A stretch of 64,000 nucleotides of DNA from Nitrosopumilus sp. (GCA_965214775.1 OZ243974.1:96001-160000); one strand, 5' to 3'; positions 29,554 through 39,398 are shown, counted from the stretch's first letter. Translations and numbers: made by a program. The notes: generated from the sequence alone by a model not told the origin.

Positions 29554-30555
29554 TCAGAATCCTTTTGGAAGAGTTCCTCTAGATTGTTTTGGTGCCTCAG
29601 GTTCGGGTTCGGGTTGTGGTTCGAAGCCTTTTGGCAAACTGCCTCTTGTAGCCGAAGCTCTCTTCTTTGCTTCTTCTTCAAGTAATCTATCAAACTCTTT
29701 TTCTTGCTCGATTCTTTGTTTTTCAATTCTTTCCAGGTAATCTTTTTCATATTCCTCGAGTTGTTCTTTTCTTGATTTGCCTTCACTTGAACCATAGCTG
29801 GTTTGTTCTGGCGGAGGAGGTGTTTGCTGTTGCTGTGCTTGTGCTTGTGCTTGTGCTTGTGCTTGTTCCATACCTTTTGGAAGGGTGCCACGTTTTGGTT
29901 TTGGCGGTTCTGGAGGAGGCGCCTGTTGCTGTTGCTGTGCTTGTGCTTGTGCTTGTGCACCAACACCCTCAACGCTCAAGTTAGCGCCGCTGAAACTGCC
30001 AAACGTTTTGTCCGGTGGGTGGTATGCAAGTCTTGCCCTTGTTGCAAAGTACTGGTTTGATGGTTGCGTGTAACCAGTAACCTTTGCCTTTTGCTCATTC
30101 CAGTTTGTTGTTGGAACTTTTCCGACTGGAGCGGTTCTTCTAACAAAGTATCTGTTGGGAGCCGGCGAATAACCTGTAACTTTAGCCCTGTACTCGTGAA
30201 AGCTTGTTTCTGGAGCGTCATAGTACGCGTTCTCCAGGGCCTCCTGTACGGTTGCCGGAGGTTGTGAAACTGTCTCAGCCGGCTTTGGTGCTGCTTCCTG
30301 TGGCTTGGGGGATTCTGCCGGCTTTTCCATTCCTTTAGGAAGGGTTCCTTTTGGTTTGGTTGCTGCAGCAGGCTTTTCGGCCGGCTTTGTCTCAGCGGGC
30401 TTTGTCTCAGCGGGCTTTGTCTCAGCGGGCTTTGTCTCAGCGGGCTTTGGGGCAGGCTTTTCAAGTTGTGCAGATAATTTTGATAGTTTTTCTTCTAATT
30501 CGGTGATTTTTGCTTCAAGATCTTTTTTTGTTGTTGTTTTGCGTTTTGTTGCCAT
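29554..30555 (-). CDS. Low-complexity PAETK/AQ-repeat protein with RGTLPKG motifs (paralog 1)
   Basis: N-terminal coiled coil, (PAETK)4, (AQ)n, several G(T/S)LPKG motifs. Confidence 0.85.
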   Translation of the reverse strand: MATKRKTTTKKDLEAKITELEEKLSKLSAQLEKPAPKPAETKPAETKPAETKPAETKPAEKPAAATKPKGTLPKGMEKPAESPKPQEAAPKPAETVSQPPATVQEALENAYYDAPETSFHEYRAKVTGYSPAPNRYFVRRTAPVGKVPTTNWNEQKAKVTGYTQPSNQYFATRARLAYHPPDKTFGSFSGANLSVEGVGAQAQAQAQQQQQAPPPEPPKPKRGTLPKGMEQAQAQAQAQAQQQQTPPPPEQTSYGSSEGKSRKEQLEEYEKDYLERIEKQRIEQEKEFDRLLEEEAKKRASATRGSLPKGFEPQPEPEPEAPKQSRGTLPKGF

Positions 30556-30740
30556 TTCTTAAAGTAAATAATGCATTGTTTATTTACATTTTGCTTGAAA
30601 TCATCTAACTTTCTTACATTGTAATCAGATCGCAGTAAATATAATTAAAAACACAGCCCGTTTTGCCCCTTATTCTCAACTTTGGTGTTATTTTATCAGC
30701 CCAGAAATTAAAGCAACATCCAACAATTAAGAAAAATTAC

Positions 30741-31318
30741 CTAAATTGAAAAATATGGCAAATTTGCGTGGTTTGGGAATTTATTAATCTGATGGCGCGG
30801 TATTTCTTCAAGGATGCCACAATTGCAGTATTTTGTCACGTGGGGTACAGTTGGAGTATAACCAGATATGACCACATCAGCAGCACCTAAAGCCGTATTA
30901 TTTGAAAAGATCACAGTTCCGTTAGAAAATGTCAGGGTTCCTGACTCTACAGGGTATGCAGGTTTGTCAGGAAACACATATCTGCAGTTTTGTGGTTTTG
31001 AGCTAGGGCATCATCACATTTTAGGCAATCATCCTCAAGTTCCAATAAATGCTGCGTCAAGAGATCAGCTGGTGGTGTTGGCTTTCCAGCATTTACCTCC
31101 CCAATAACCTACGCCATCGCCAATATCTGTGAGTAACGTCCTGCAAAGGGGTTTGTAATCACTGAATGGCCAAAAAAATTAATGCCAACAATGCTGCAAA
31201 AATTCTGATCCTGTATCAAGCCACTAAAACACAAACTGCCTGATATTGCAGGCAACAAAATCCAAAAGGCAAATGCACATGCAGGCATAAGAATTGCAAA
31301 CTTGTAGTGCTTTTTCAT
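30741..31318 (-). pseudogene. Probably fragmented membrane/secreted protein gene
   Basis: Two short co-oriented ORFs (31109-31318 with a TM segment; 30741-30977) separated by stops and frameshifts. Confidence 0.35.
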
Positions 31319-31657
31319 GTTTGGTCAAATACATCACAAAACCAGTAAATTTTAATTTGCTTATTCTGTCTGTCTTTCTGTCTTTGGGAATTTTCAACCA
31401 GTCCATCAATGTGCCGTGCAACAAGAATCCAAAGGGCCAAACTTGAGAAAACAGCAGCAGCTGGCCACAATTCCGTCATTCTTGCACCTTCAAGAAGAGG
31501 ATAATAAAAGATACCTTGGCAGTTTGTGCCGGTGAGTCACTACAGGTTGCAAGTGAACTGCCAAGTTCCCGGCAGATCGCGCATTTGCATCTACTGCCAA
31601 CACAGTAGTTTTCTGAAAGATGAAAAATAATATTTAGGGAAAAAATCTAGAGAAACC

Positions 31658-32011
31658 ATGACAGATATGTTACAAACTTGGGTTGAAAGAATTCGAACTA
31701 ATGATCCTGGCCGAGTAGCAGAATTGTACCATGATGATGGGCTATTGCTTGGAACCTTCTCGGACATAGAGCGCCCCGGACGTGGTCTTATTTTGGAATA
31801 CTTTGAAAACTTGCTAAAGTCTCAAGTTGATGTCGAGATTGTCACACAACACAAGCATGAAATTGATTCGCTAGTGGTAAACTCTGGCCTGTACAATTTC
31901 ATAGTAGATGGCAAAACCGTAAATGCAAGATTCTCATTTGTTTTCAAAAGAACTGGCGATGTCTGGAAAATACTGTCACATCATTCTTCGGTCCTTCCTA
32001 AAAGTCACTAA
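31658..32011 (+). CDS. NTF2/SnoaL-like (DUF4440-type) protein
   Basis: VAELYHDDG.LLGT...SGLYNF...ARFSFVF...WKILSHHSS.LP. Confidence 0.85.
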   Translation: MTDMLQTWVERIRTNDPGRVAELYHDDGLLLGTFSDIERPGRGLILEYFENLLKSQVDVEIVTQHKHEIDSLVVNSGLYNFIVDGKTVNARFSFVFKRTGDVWKILSHHSSVLPKSH

Positions 32012-32092
32012 AACTTGAATTTTTTTAAAAAAATTACATGATAAATTGTAAAAATTTACAGGATTCAAAAGGCACCGGCATATCCCATTTTG

Positions 32093-32284
32093 TCAATCAG
32101 GTTCCCAGAATTGCATCACATACATGCAGTTATTGCATCTCCACAATCTAATGTGGATTCCATTGTCAGTGTCTGCAACATATCTTCCGTCATCCATCTG
32201 CATGACTCTTGGCAGATAGTTTATCTCAGGACTCTCAAGCCATTCGTTTTGTTGGCAATTGGGGCACTTGATTCTCGGAGGCAC
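32093..32284 (-). CDS. Small zinc-ribbon protein
   Basis: KCPNC...WRCNNC; GTG start at 32284. Confidence 0.75.
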   Translation of the reverse strand: MPPRIKCPNCQQNEWLESPEINYLPRVMQMDDGRYVADTDNGIHIRLWRCNNCMYVMQFWEPD

Positions 32285-32351
32285 AAATAGGATACAACAG
32301 CATGGCAAAAGAACATTACGACAAAAAGAGAAAATAAAAGATATTTCTGAA

Positions 32352-33017
32352 TCAGAATCCTTTTGGAAGGGTGCCACGTTTTGGTTTTGGCGGTTCTGGA
32401 GGAGGTGCCTGTTGTTGTTGTTGCTGTGCTTGTGCTTGTGCTTGTGCTTGTGCACCAACACCCTCAACGCTCAAGTTAGCGCCGCTGAAACTGCCAAACG
32501 TTTTGTCCGGTGAGTGGTATGCAAGTCTTGCCCTTGTTGCAAAGTACTGGTTTGATGGTTGCGTGTAACCAGTAACCTTTGCCTTTTGCTCATTCCAGTT
32601 TGTTGTTGGAACTTTTCCGACTGGAGCGGTTCTTCTAACAAAGTATCTGTTGGGAGCCGGCGAATAACCTGTAACTTTAGCCCTGTACTCGTGAAAGCTT
32701 GTTTCTGGAGCGTCATAGTACGCGTTCTCCAGGGCCTCCTGTACGGTTGCCGGAGGTTGTGAAACTGTCTCAGCCGGCTTTGGTGCTGCTTCCTGTGGCT
32801 TGGGGGATTCTGCCGGCTTTTCCATTCCTTTAGGAAGGGTTCCTTTTGGTTTGGTTGCTGCAGCAGGCTTTTCGGCCGGCTTTGTCTCAGCGGGCTTTGG
32901 TATTTTCTGTGGTTTAGCTGCTTCAGCTAGTTTTGAAAGTTTTGACAACTTTGCTTCCAATTCGGCAATCTTGGCTTCAAGATCCTTTTTCGTTTGCTTT
33001 TTAGCAGAGGCCATCAT
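32352..33017 (-). CDS. Low-complexity PAETK/AQ-repeat protein (paralog 2)
   Basis: About 530 bp nearly identical to 29873-30404. Confidence 0.85.
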   Translation of the reverse strand: MMASAKKQTKKDLEAKIAELEAKLSKLSKLAEAAKPQKIPKPAETKPAEKPAAATKPKGTLPKGMEKPAESPKPQEAAPKPAETVSQPPATVQEALENAYYDAPETSFHEYRAKVTGYSPAPNRYFVRRTAPVGKVPTTNWNEQKAKVTGYTQPSNQYFATRARLAYHSPDKTFGSFSGANLSVEGVGAQAQAQAQAQQQQQQAPPPEPPKPKRGTLPKGF

Positions 33018-33104
33018 TCTGCTTGGACTGTGTGGGGTTTATGTACATTTGGGTCGATCACCGCTAATAAAACTTGATCAAGTTTTATATGCACAGATAA
33101 ATCA

Positions 33105-33488
33105 ATGAATGCGATGGACGACTTTGAGAAGGAATTCCCGGATTTTGATTGGAGAAATACTCCGGCATACAAGCATCCGGGAGGCAAGGATTGCCCATGT
33201 CCCAAGCATGAGTACATCAGAGAACAGATCAATTTTGCAAAGCAGGTAAGCGAAAAAGGAAAAGAGGCATCCAAAGTCACGCTCAAGTTTTGTCCCGATC
33301 ATTACAGGGTGTACATGGAAGAAGTGATTCCTGCAATGCCACTAAAGTACAAACTGCTGACAAAGATTGCGCTAAAACTTGGAGCGATTCAGGTGGAGCA
33401 GCTAAAATACATGGAATCAGAATTGTGCTTTTACTGCAAGTTCGGCTCTGGCGGTTATGACAAAAAAACAGAATTGCCTCCAATGTGA
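33105..33488 (+). CDS. Conserved hypothetical Cys/His-containing protein
   Basis: CPCPKH, FCPDH and CFYC motifs. Confidence 0.75.
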   Translation: MNAMDDFEKEFPDFDWRNTPAYKHPGGKDCPCPKHEYIREQINFAKQVSEKGKEASKVTLKFCPDHYRVYMEEVIPAMPLKYKLLTKIALKLGAIQVEQLKYMESELCFYCKFGSGGYDKKTELPPM

Positions 33489-33535
33489 GAAGGCAGTCAG
33501 TAACATTTTAACTTGAACCAACTTTCAGATCTGTA

Positions 33536-34978
33536 TTGCCAATTGAGGACATTCAGGAGTTTATCACAGAGTTAGAAAAGCAGGGAGAGCTAAAACGGGT
33601 AAAAACCGAGGTTGACACCAATCTAGAGATTGCAGAAATCATGAGAAGAGGGATGTATTCAGATGGCCCTGCAATTCTCTTTGAGAACGTCAAGGGATAT
33701 GACATGCCAGTTTTAGGAAATGCGTTTGGTTCTATGAGAAGGCTGGAGATTGGTTTGGAGATGACAGATTTTACGGAAATCGGCCAGAGAATTGTCGACA
33801 TGACAAAGATGGATATGCCATCAGGGTTACTAGGAAAAATAAAAAAACTTCCAGAATTATCAAAGATGACTGCATCATTTCCCAAAGCAGAAACATCAGG
33901 ACCTGTAACAGAAATTACATCAACTGATGCGTCATTTCACGAGTTGCCAGTTCTAAAATCATGGCCCAATGATGCAGGACGGTTTATCACACTAGGGCTA
34001 GTTGCTACAAAACATCCCGAGACGGGGGTTAGAAACTTGGGGGTTTACAGGATGCAAATTGTAGACAAGACTCATGCCATTATGCACTGGCAAAAACACA
34101 AGCGGGGCGCACAACACGGGGACATTTCAAAGGACATGGGGGAAAAGATCCCGACTGCAATAGTTGTTGGTTCAGAACCGTCAACAGTATTCTCATCAAT
34201 TGCCCCGGTTCCCGAGGGATTGGACAAGTATTTGTTTTCAGGAATTGCAAGGAAAGAAGGAATCAAGACTGTAAAATGCAAAACAATTGATTTGGATGTC
34301 CCGGCAAACGCAGAGATTGTTTTGGAGGGATACGTGGATCCTGCCGACATTAGAGACGAAGGGCCATTTGGAGATCATACAGGATACTATACTCCTGTTG
34401 AGCCATATCCGACTTTTACACTAACAGGAATTATGAGAAGAAGGAATCCAGTTTACGTTACAACAGTTGTTGGCAAGCCAGTTCTCGAGGATGCGTACAT
34501 TGGCAAAGTAATCGAGCGCTCATTTTTGCCATTGATCAGAATGTTCCATCCAGAGGTAGTTGACTTTGGTATGCCGGCCGCCGGTTGGTTCCAAGGTTTT
34601 GCAATTATTTCAATCAAGAAAAGGTATCCGGGACAGGCAAAGAAAGTCATGATGGGGCTTTGGGGAATGGGACAGCTGTCCCTAACCAAGATGTTTGTCG
34701 TAGTAGATCAAGACATTAATGTTCATGACATAAATGACGTCTTGTGGGCAATTACAACCCGAGCTGATGCTGCAAGGGACACCATAATCATCAACAATGC
34801 CCCAACTGATACGCTAGACCCGGCATCACCACTTGTCAACATGGGATCCAAAATGGGAATTGACGCAACACAGAAAACAAAAGAGGAAGGATATGAGCGT
34901 GAGATTCAACAGCAAGTCAGAGTGGATGATGAGACTAAAAGTACAGTGGATTCCAAATGGTCCGAATACGGATTATGA
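33536..34978 (+). CDS. UbiD-family decarboxylase (menaquinone futalosine pathway)
   Basis: RNLGVYRMQ, EGPFGDHTGYY, LDPASP and KMGIDAT motifs; adjacent to mqnC. Confidence 0.93.
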   Translation: MPIEDIQEFITELEKQGELKRVKTEVDTNLEIAEIMRRGMYSDGPAILFENVKGYDMPVLGNAFGSMRRLEIGLEMTDFTEIGQRIVDMTKMDMPSGLLGKIKKLPELSKMTASFPKAETSGPVTEITSTDASFHELPVLKSWPNDAGRFITLGLVATKHPETGVRNLGVYRMQIVDKTHAIMHWQKHKRGAQHGDISKDMGEKIPTAIVVGSEPSTVFSSIAPVPEGLDKYLFSGIARKEGIKTVKCKTIDLDVPANAEIVLEGYVDPADIRDEGPFGDHTGYYTPVEPYPTFTLTGIMRRRNPVYVTTVVGKPVLEDAYIGKVIERSFLPLIRMFHPEVVDFGMPAAGWFQGFAIISIKKRYPGQAKKVMMGLWGMGQLSLTKMFVVVDQDINVHDINDVLWAITTRADAARDTIIINNAPTDTLDPASPLVNMGSKMGIDATQKTKEEGYEREIQQQVRVDDETKSTVDSKWSEYGL

Positions 34979-36091
34979 TGCCGAAACAGGATTATAGAAA
35001 TTGTCCCTCTCTTCTGCCTGATAGCCAATCTGATGAATTGCATCCATGATTATTTTGCCAGTCAGCTCAGTTGAGCGGGCGCCAGTACAAGAAACCACTT
35101 CTTCCCCAATCAGTGTGCCGCCAAAGTCATCGGCGCCATATTGCAAGGCCAGCTGTGCCATCCCAATGCCGTTTGTAAGCCATGAAGATTGAATGTGGGC
35201 AATTAATCCGTCAAACACCAGTCTGGAAATCGCAATCATCTTCAAGAGCTGTGTTCCACCTGTGCCATATTCCACAATGCCTTCCTCATTCAACAGGGTG
35301 TTGTTTGGCTCAAAGTTCCACGGAATAAAGGCCATGAACCCCTCTGTCTTTTCCTGCAGTCTTGCAATTTTGTAAAAGTGATCAACAATGTCTTGTCTGT
35401 TTTCAACGTGCCCGTACATCATTGTTGCAGATGCTGGAAGGCCAAGTGAATGCGCCTCGTCCATGATTCGTATCCAGTCATCGCTAGAAATTTTTTTCGG
35501 ACTGATTACATCCTTGACAGAATCAACCAAGATTTCGGCTCCTGCCCCCGGAATTGATTGCAGGCCAGATTCTTTTAATCTGGAAAGAACTTCCCTTGTG
35601 GATGATTTTTCAACTTTTGCAATCATGTCGATTTCAGAGGCGGACAGTCCATGAACTCCAACATTTGGGAATTTCTTGCGAATCATTCCAAAGACATTCT
35701 CGTAATATTCAATATTCAAATTTGGGTTATGTCCGCCTTGGATCAAGACTTGACGAATCCTGAACATGTCCCACGAGGTCTTTATTCTGGATTCGATTTG
35801 ATCAAGTGTCAAGGTGTAAGAGTCATCAGCACCAGGCGATCTGTAAAATGCGCAAAACTTGCAATCAGTAATGCAGACATTAGTATAGTTCAAAATTATG
35901 TTGTTTACAAAGGAGGCCTTTTTACCAAATTGATTTCGAGTCAGATGTCCGGAGACCAGCCCCATCAGATGTACGTCGTCAGATTCCAACAGTCTCATGC
36001 AGTCTTCAGGATCCGGTCTTTGTCCATTCAGGGAGTTTTCCAAAATATCTTTGATGTCGCTTTTTTGAATTTGTTCAGTTGTCTGACTCAA
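34973..36091 (-). CDS. mqnC: Cyclic dehypoxanthinyl futalosine synthase (radical SAM)
   Basis: NYTNVCITDCKFCAFY, IQGGHNP, PGAGAEIL, ATMMYGH and FIPWNF motifs. Confidence 0.85.
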   Translation of the reverse strand: MSQTTEQIQKSDIKDILENSLNGQRPDPEDCMRLLESDDVHLMGLVSGHLTRNQFGKKASFVNNIILNYTNVCITDCKFCAFYRSPGADDSYTLTLDQIESRIKTSWDMFRIRQVLIQGGHNPNLNIEYYENVFGMIRKKFPNVGVHGLSASEIDMIAKVEKSSTREVLSRLKESGLQSIPGAGAEILVDSVKDVISPKKISSDDWIRIMDEAHSLGLPASATMMYGHVENRQDIVDHFYKIARLQEKTEGFMAFIPWNFEPNNTLLNEEGIVEYGTGGTQLLKMIAISRLVFDGLIAHIQSSWLTNGIGMAQLALQYGADDFGGTLIGEEVVSCTGARSTELTGKIIMDAIHQIGYQAEERDNFYNPVSAS

Positions 36092-36202
36092 TTGATTTTC
36101 ATCCTTTGGAATTTCTATTTAATCCTTGATAGAAATGACGAACGTTGTATTATATGGAAAAGTGTCTTCACTGTTAATTGATCTCCATCCTACAGTATTC
36201 CC

Positions 36203-36293
36203 GTAAGAGTTTACCCCTCAGGCGACATTGCTGGCCGGAGCCTTCATGATCACACCTGCTGTGCCGTATCTCGGGGGAGGGGTAAACTCTTAC
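36203..36293. mobile_element. MITE family F, copy 2
   Basis: 17-bp perfect TIR GTAAGAGTTTACCCCTC; 9-bp TSD AGTATTCCC. Confidence 0.88.
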
Positions 36294-36632
36294 AGTATTC
36301 CCAAAAGTAACCTAAAAATGGCTCCAAATTCAAAACAGAACAAATCCGGTCATCAGCAGATTGACACGCCATCGCCTGTACCGTCACGAGTCTGGTTACA
36401 TCGGGGGAGGCTGATCCCAAGTAGCAGCTAAAGCTCTGGAATCCATTCCTGATTTTAGACAGGAATTCTGTGTGAACTGTCATTTTTGGTGGCAAAATCC
36501 GTGTGCAAGCTTTCAGAGATGTTGTCAAAAATTCCCTGATGGGCAGTCTATTGATGGTCGTGTTCAGCACAAAGGGTAGCCTGCGGCAGACTCCTTTGAC
36601 AATATGGGATACCGCATACCGCAGCTGTCAAT

Positions 36633-36712
36633 AGACTTTATGCGTAATTGGTTCAGATCTAGGATTATTACGAACAAATTCGTCTCATTCAGATCGATTA
36701 CGCATAAAGTCT
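36633..36712. mobile_element. MITE family E copy
   Basis: AGACTTTATGCGTAAT TIR; TSD AAT. Confidence 0.88.
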
Positions 36713-36742
36713 AATGAGTGCGTTCAGCACAAAGGGTAGCCT

Positions 36743-36979
36743 GAGAGATGATCCGAGATCAGAAACTGCAAATGCCGTGATTTTTCAGCACATCTTTCAA
36801 GTAATTTCATGAATCATGTACATTTTGCCGGCACTTGGATCGGTTTGGCATACATTGTGCCCATCAGACTTTGTGCGTAATCGGCACAAATCAGAAAAAT
36901 CAGGCAGTTTTTACGCCATTTTTGGCAAATACACATATGATCTATTTGATCATAGTTTGCTAATTTCGAATCAACTCTC
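36743..36979. mobile_element. MITE family D copy with a nested family E variant (36866-36943)
   Basis: GAGAGATGATCCGAGAT ... ATTTCGAATCAACTCTC ends. Confidence 0.75.
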
Positions 36980-37271
36980 AGTAAAACTAGTAGAAAAGAG
37001 TGAAGCTTAATCCATGAACAACAATGTGTCTCAATGTAATTGACAGGCAAATCTTGGAAAAAATGTCCAACAGGTTAGGTTTGCCAACAAGATTGGAATC
37101 ATACCAGCTCCAAAGAAAGCTCAGGATACTGGGAATTGACATGTCTGCTTAAGATATTAGCGAAATTATCAACACCATAAAACCTGTAATTAAAGATACA
37201 GTTCTGTGGTTCTGTGTAAGATTGGTGACCTAGAATGCGGATATTCTCTGAATTGAGATTTTATTTTATGC

Positions 37272-38393
37272 CTAGACAGAATACTTGCTTAGCGAGGCAT
37301 TCTGGATGATGGTCTTCCACTTGTTGATGCCGTCCACGACAATCAAGGATGCCTCCGCAGGCGTCTTTCCCTCCAGGCTTCCGTGCTTTTTGGTGTAATT
37401 GTAGTAGACCCTCATTCCGTCAAGTATGGCCGTATCCATCTTCTTGAGGCCCCTGAACACCTTCTCGCGGTCTCTGATCTCGCCGTTGAGCCTCTCCATC
37501 CTGTTGTTGTTGTCCCGGTCTCTTTTTCCTGCCAGGTGGATATGTCTTACGTGATTCGTACCCTTTCCGAATACCCTCCTTGAGGACTTGGCATATGCCG
37601 GCAGGCCGTCCGTGATGAAGTTTCTGGGGCTTTTTCCGGTATGTGATTTTGTCAGTTGTAATAGACTGTCCGCATTGTGCTGGAACTTGTTGTCTGCCAG
37701 GTCGGAGGCCAGCCAGTAGCGCGTATCGTCATCCATCGAGGCGAATAGATAGCACTGCCTGCCGCTGATTTTCACCCATACCTCGTCGGCCCGGAACCAG
37801 CTGCCGACCCGTGGAACGATTCCGTTGAGGTATGTCGATGTCATCCTGGAATAGTCTCTAACCCAGTTGTATACCGTCTTGTGGCTTACACTGATTCCAA
37901 GCATCTCGTAATGGTTGGAGATGTCACGGACGCTCATCCCCGTATAATACATCTGCAACGCGCCCGTTATGATGGATTCGTCAAACCTCCTGTTTTCGAA
38001 TCCAAAGTTTGCAGTAAACCTTCTCTTACAGTCTTTACACTTGAACATCTGCATTGTAGAGCTTTTGTTCTTCTTTAATCCCTTCCTGACGATGTTGCCA
38101 GAATCGCAGAACTTGCACAGGTTAAGCCTTGACCTTTCAATGATTCTAAACCCGTCGTGTCCGAACACGTTTCTTCTGACATACTCCAGTATTACCTTGA
38201 TGTGCTTGCAGTCCGATTTTCTGCTCCGGTGGTCCGGACACTCACAGACAAGCCCGCTGCCCGTCCTAGATACGGTATAGAACTTGGATGGATCTGACTG
38301 GGATCTGACCCTGAAATCATTCGTACCAATGATCTGGGTGGCGTGACCCGGAGTCTCCATGATCTGTTTTGCACGTCGGTCTCTTGCGTTCAT
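37272..38393 (-). CDS. IS6-family DDE transposase with N-terminal SWIM and zinc-ribbon domains
   Basis: CECPD...CKH (SWIM), CKFC..CKDC, HTH VSHKTVYNWV, RADEVWV, ITDGLPAY and NNNRMERLN; Shine-Dalgarno GAGGAGG. Confidence 0.93.
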   Translation of the reverse strand: MNARDRRAKQIMETPGHATQIIGTNDFRVRSQSDPSKFYTVSRTGSGLVCECPDHRSRKSDCKHIKVILEYVRRNVFGHDGFRIIERSRLNLCKFCDSGNIVRKGLKKNKSSTMQMFKCKDCKRRFTANFGFENRRFDESIITGALQMYYTGMSVRDISNHYEMLGISVSHKTVYNWVRDYSRMTSTYLNGIVPRVGSWFRADEVWVKISGRQCYLFASMDDDTRYWLASDLADNKFQHNADSLLQLTKSHTGKSPRNFITDGLPAYAKSSRRVFGKGTNHVRHIHLAGKRDRDNNNRMERLNGEIRDREKVFRGLKKMDTAILDGMRVYYNYTKKHGSLEGKTPAEASLIVVDGINKWKTIIQNASLSKYSV

Positions 38394-38434
38394 TCACATC
38401 CCTCCTCGAAAACTAATATAGAACAAAAAAGATG

Positions 38435-38519
38435 CGGTGGGTGTGGGATTCGAACCCACGAAGGCTTTCCACCTTGCAGGTCATAAGCCTGCCACTCTAA
38501 CCGACTAAGTGAACCCACC
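38435..38519 (-). tRNA. Atypical class II tRNA with a UAU anticodon and G73
   Basis: GGTGGGT/ACCCACC acceptor, D-arm ACTT/GAGT, GCAGG-CTTATGA-CCTGC, variable arm AAGGT-GGAAA-GCCTT, GTGGG-TTCGAAT-CCCAC. Confidence 0.9.
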
Positions 38520-38530
38520 ATGCATTATAT

Positions 38531-38572
38531 TATACGTACGTTTATTTATACCTAGCTCTTATACGTACGTAT
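38531..38572. promoter_or_regulatory. Divergent promoter region with two palindromic TACGTACG operators
   Basis: TATACGTACGTT (38531-38542) and the perfect palindrome ATACGTACGTAT (38561-38572) flank minus-strand TATAAATA (38543-38550). Confidence 0.65.
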
Positions 38573-38589
38573 GGTTTTTATACATCTTC

Positions 38590-38766
38590 ATGGTATACGA
38601 CATATTGACGCGATGGAAAAAGAACGAAACCGAGTTTTCCGTAAAACTCTCGTTTGATGGAAGAAACAGCATGTCATGCAGGATACCGAAACCCATTCTG
38701 GAAATGCTCGGTGAACCAGAGTCCATCACGTTCCGAATCAAAAACAACAGGATTGTGGTGGATTGA
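38590..38766 (+). CDS. AbrB/MazE/SpoVT-like small DNA-binding protein
   Basis: 58 aa; VKL......CRIPKPILEMLG....ITFRIKNNRIVV swapped-hairpin pattern. Confidence 0.7.
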   Translation: MVYDILTRWKKNETEFSVKLSFDGRNSMSCRIPKPILEMLGEPESITFRIKNNRIVVD

Positions 38767-38816
38767 TATGAGCGCCGAAACCACTAACCCACCCCCCGGA
38801 TGGAAAAACCGAATCA

Positions 38817-39398
38817 TCATGCCCTGGTCCATTCTATATGTCCGTTTACACCATGTTTGTCATAGGTTTTCAAAATATCGTCACAGAACTTGGCCAATGC
38901 GTAATCGTTGACCTTTTTTGATCTGGCCAGTAGGTTAACAAACAATTTTTTTGCGGTTTCCGTCTGGTTGTAGTTTTTCTTTTTGAAGTTGTGTGCCGCG
39001 CACAATACCTGCCCGTTTTCCACCGTTGACTCCCCACCCTTGTCTCTGGGTTTTATGTGATCGATATGCAGCTTTACACCGTCTCTTTCGCCCTTGCCAC
39101 AAACAACGCATTTGTGTTGGTCTCGTTCCAAGATTTCTGCCTTCTGTTTTGACGTGAAATTTTGCAATTTTATTGCGTCCTGTGGGTTGTAGCGGTAAAC
39201 TCCGGTGTTTACCTTGGTCAGAACACCTTCCTGGTGCAGGCTTCTTATCTGTCTATCCGGATCACGGAATACCCTGCCTGTACGCTCGTTATATTCTGAG
39301 ACTGCCCAGTCCACAATCTCCGGATGTTTTATGCTGCGATTCGGGTTGTTCCTGTAATACTCCAGGATTACGTCACGCTGGGTAACCGTGTCTGACAC
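38817..39398 (-). CDS. HNH endonuclease (putative type II restriction enzyme)
   Basis: ILERDQHKCVVCG...HIDHIKP..KGG....NGQVLC..HN; overlaps the MTase 3' end. Confidence 0.9.
   Translation of the reverse strand: MSDTVTQRDVILEYYRNNPNRSIKHPEIVDWAVSEYNERTGRVFRDPDRQIRSLHQEGVLTKVNTGVYRYNPQDAIKLQNFTSKQKAEILERDQHKCVVCGKGERDGVKLHIDHIKPRDKGGESTVENGQVLCAAHNFKKKNYNQTETAKKLFVNLLARSKKVNDYALAKFCDDILKTYDKHGVNGHIEWTRA

Noticed and set aside
36562-36743. 22-bp direct repeat GTTCAGCACAAAGGGTAGCCTG (36562 and 36722)
   Set aside because: Two copies only, amid MITE debris; no element or function could be assigned.
38435-38519. tRNA considered as a host tRNA or integration (att) site, or as an 8/4 allo-tRNA
   Set aside because: It lies inside the TIRs with no duplicated 3' end and no integrase. 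The stems pair as canonical 7/5, and an eighth acceptor pair would be a U-C mismatch.
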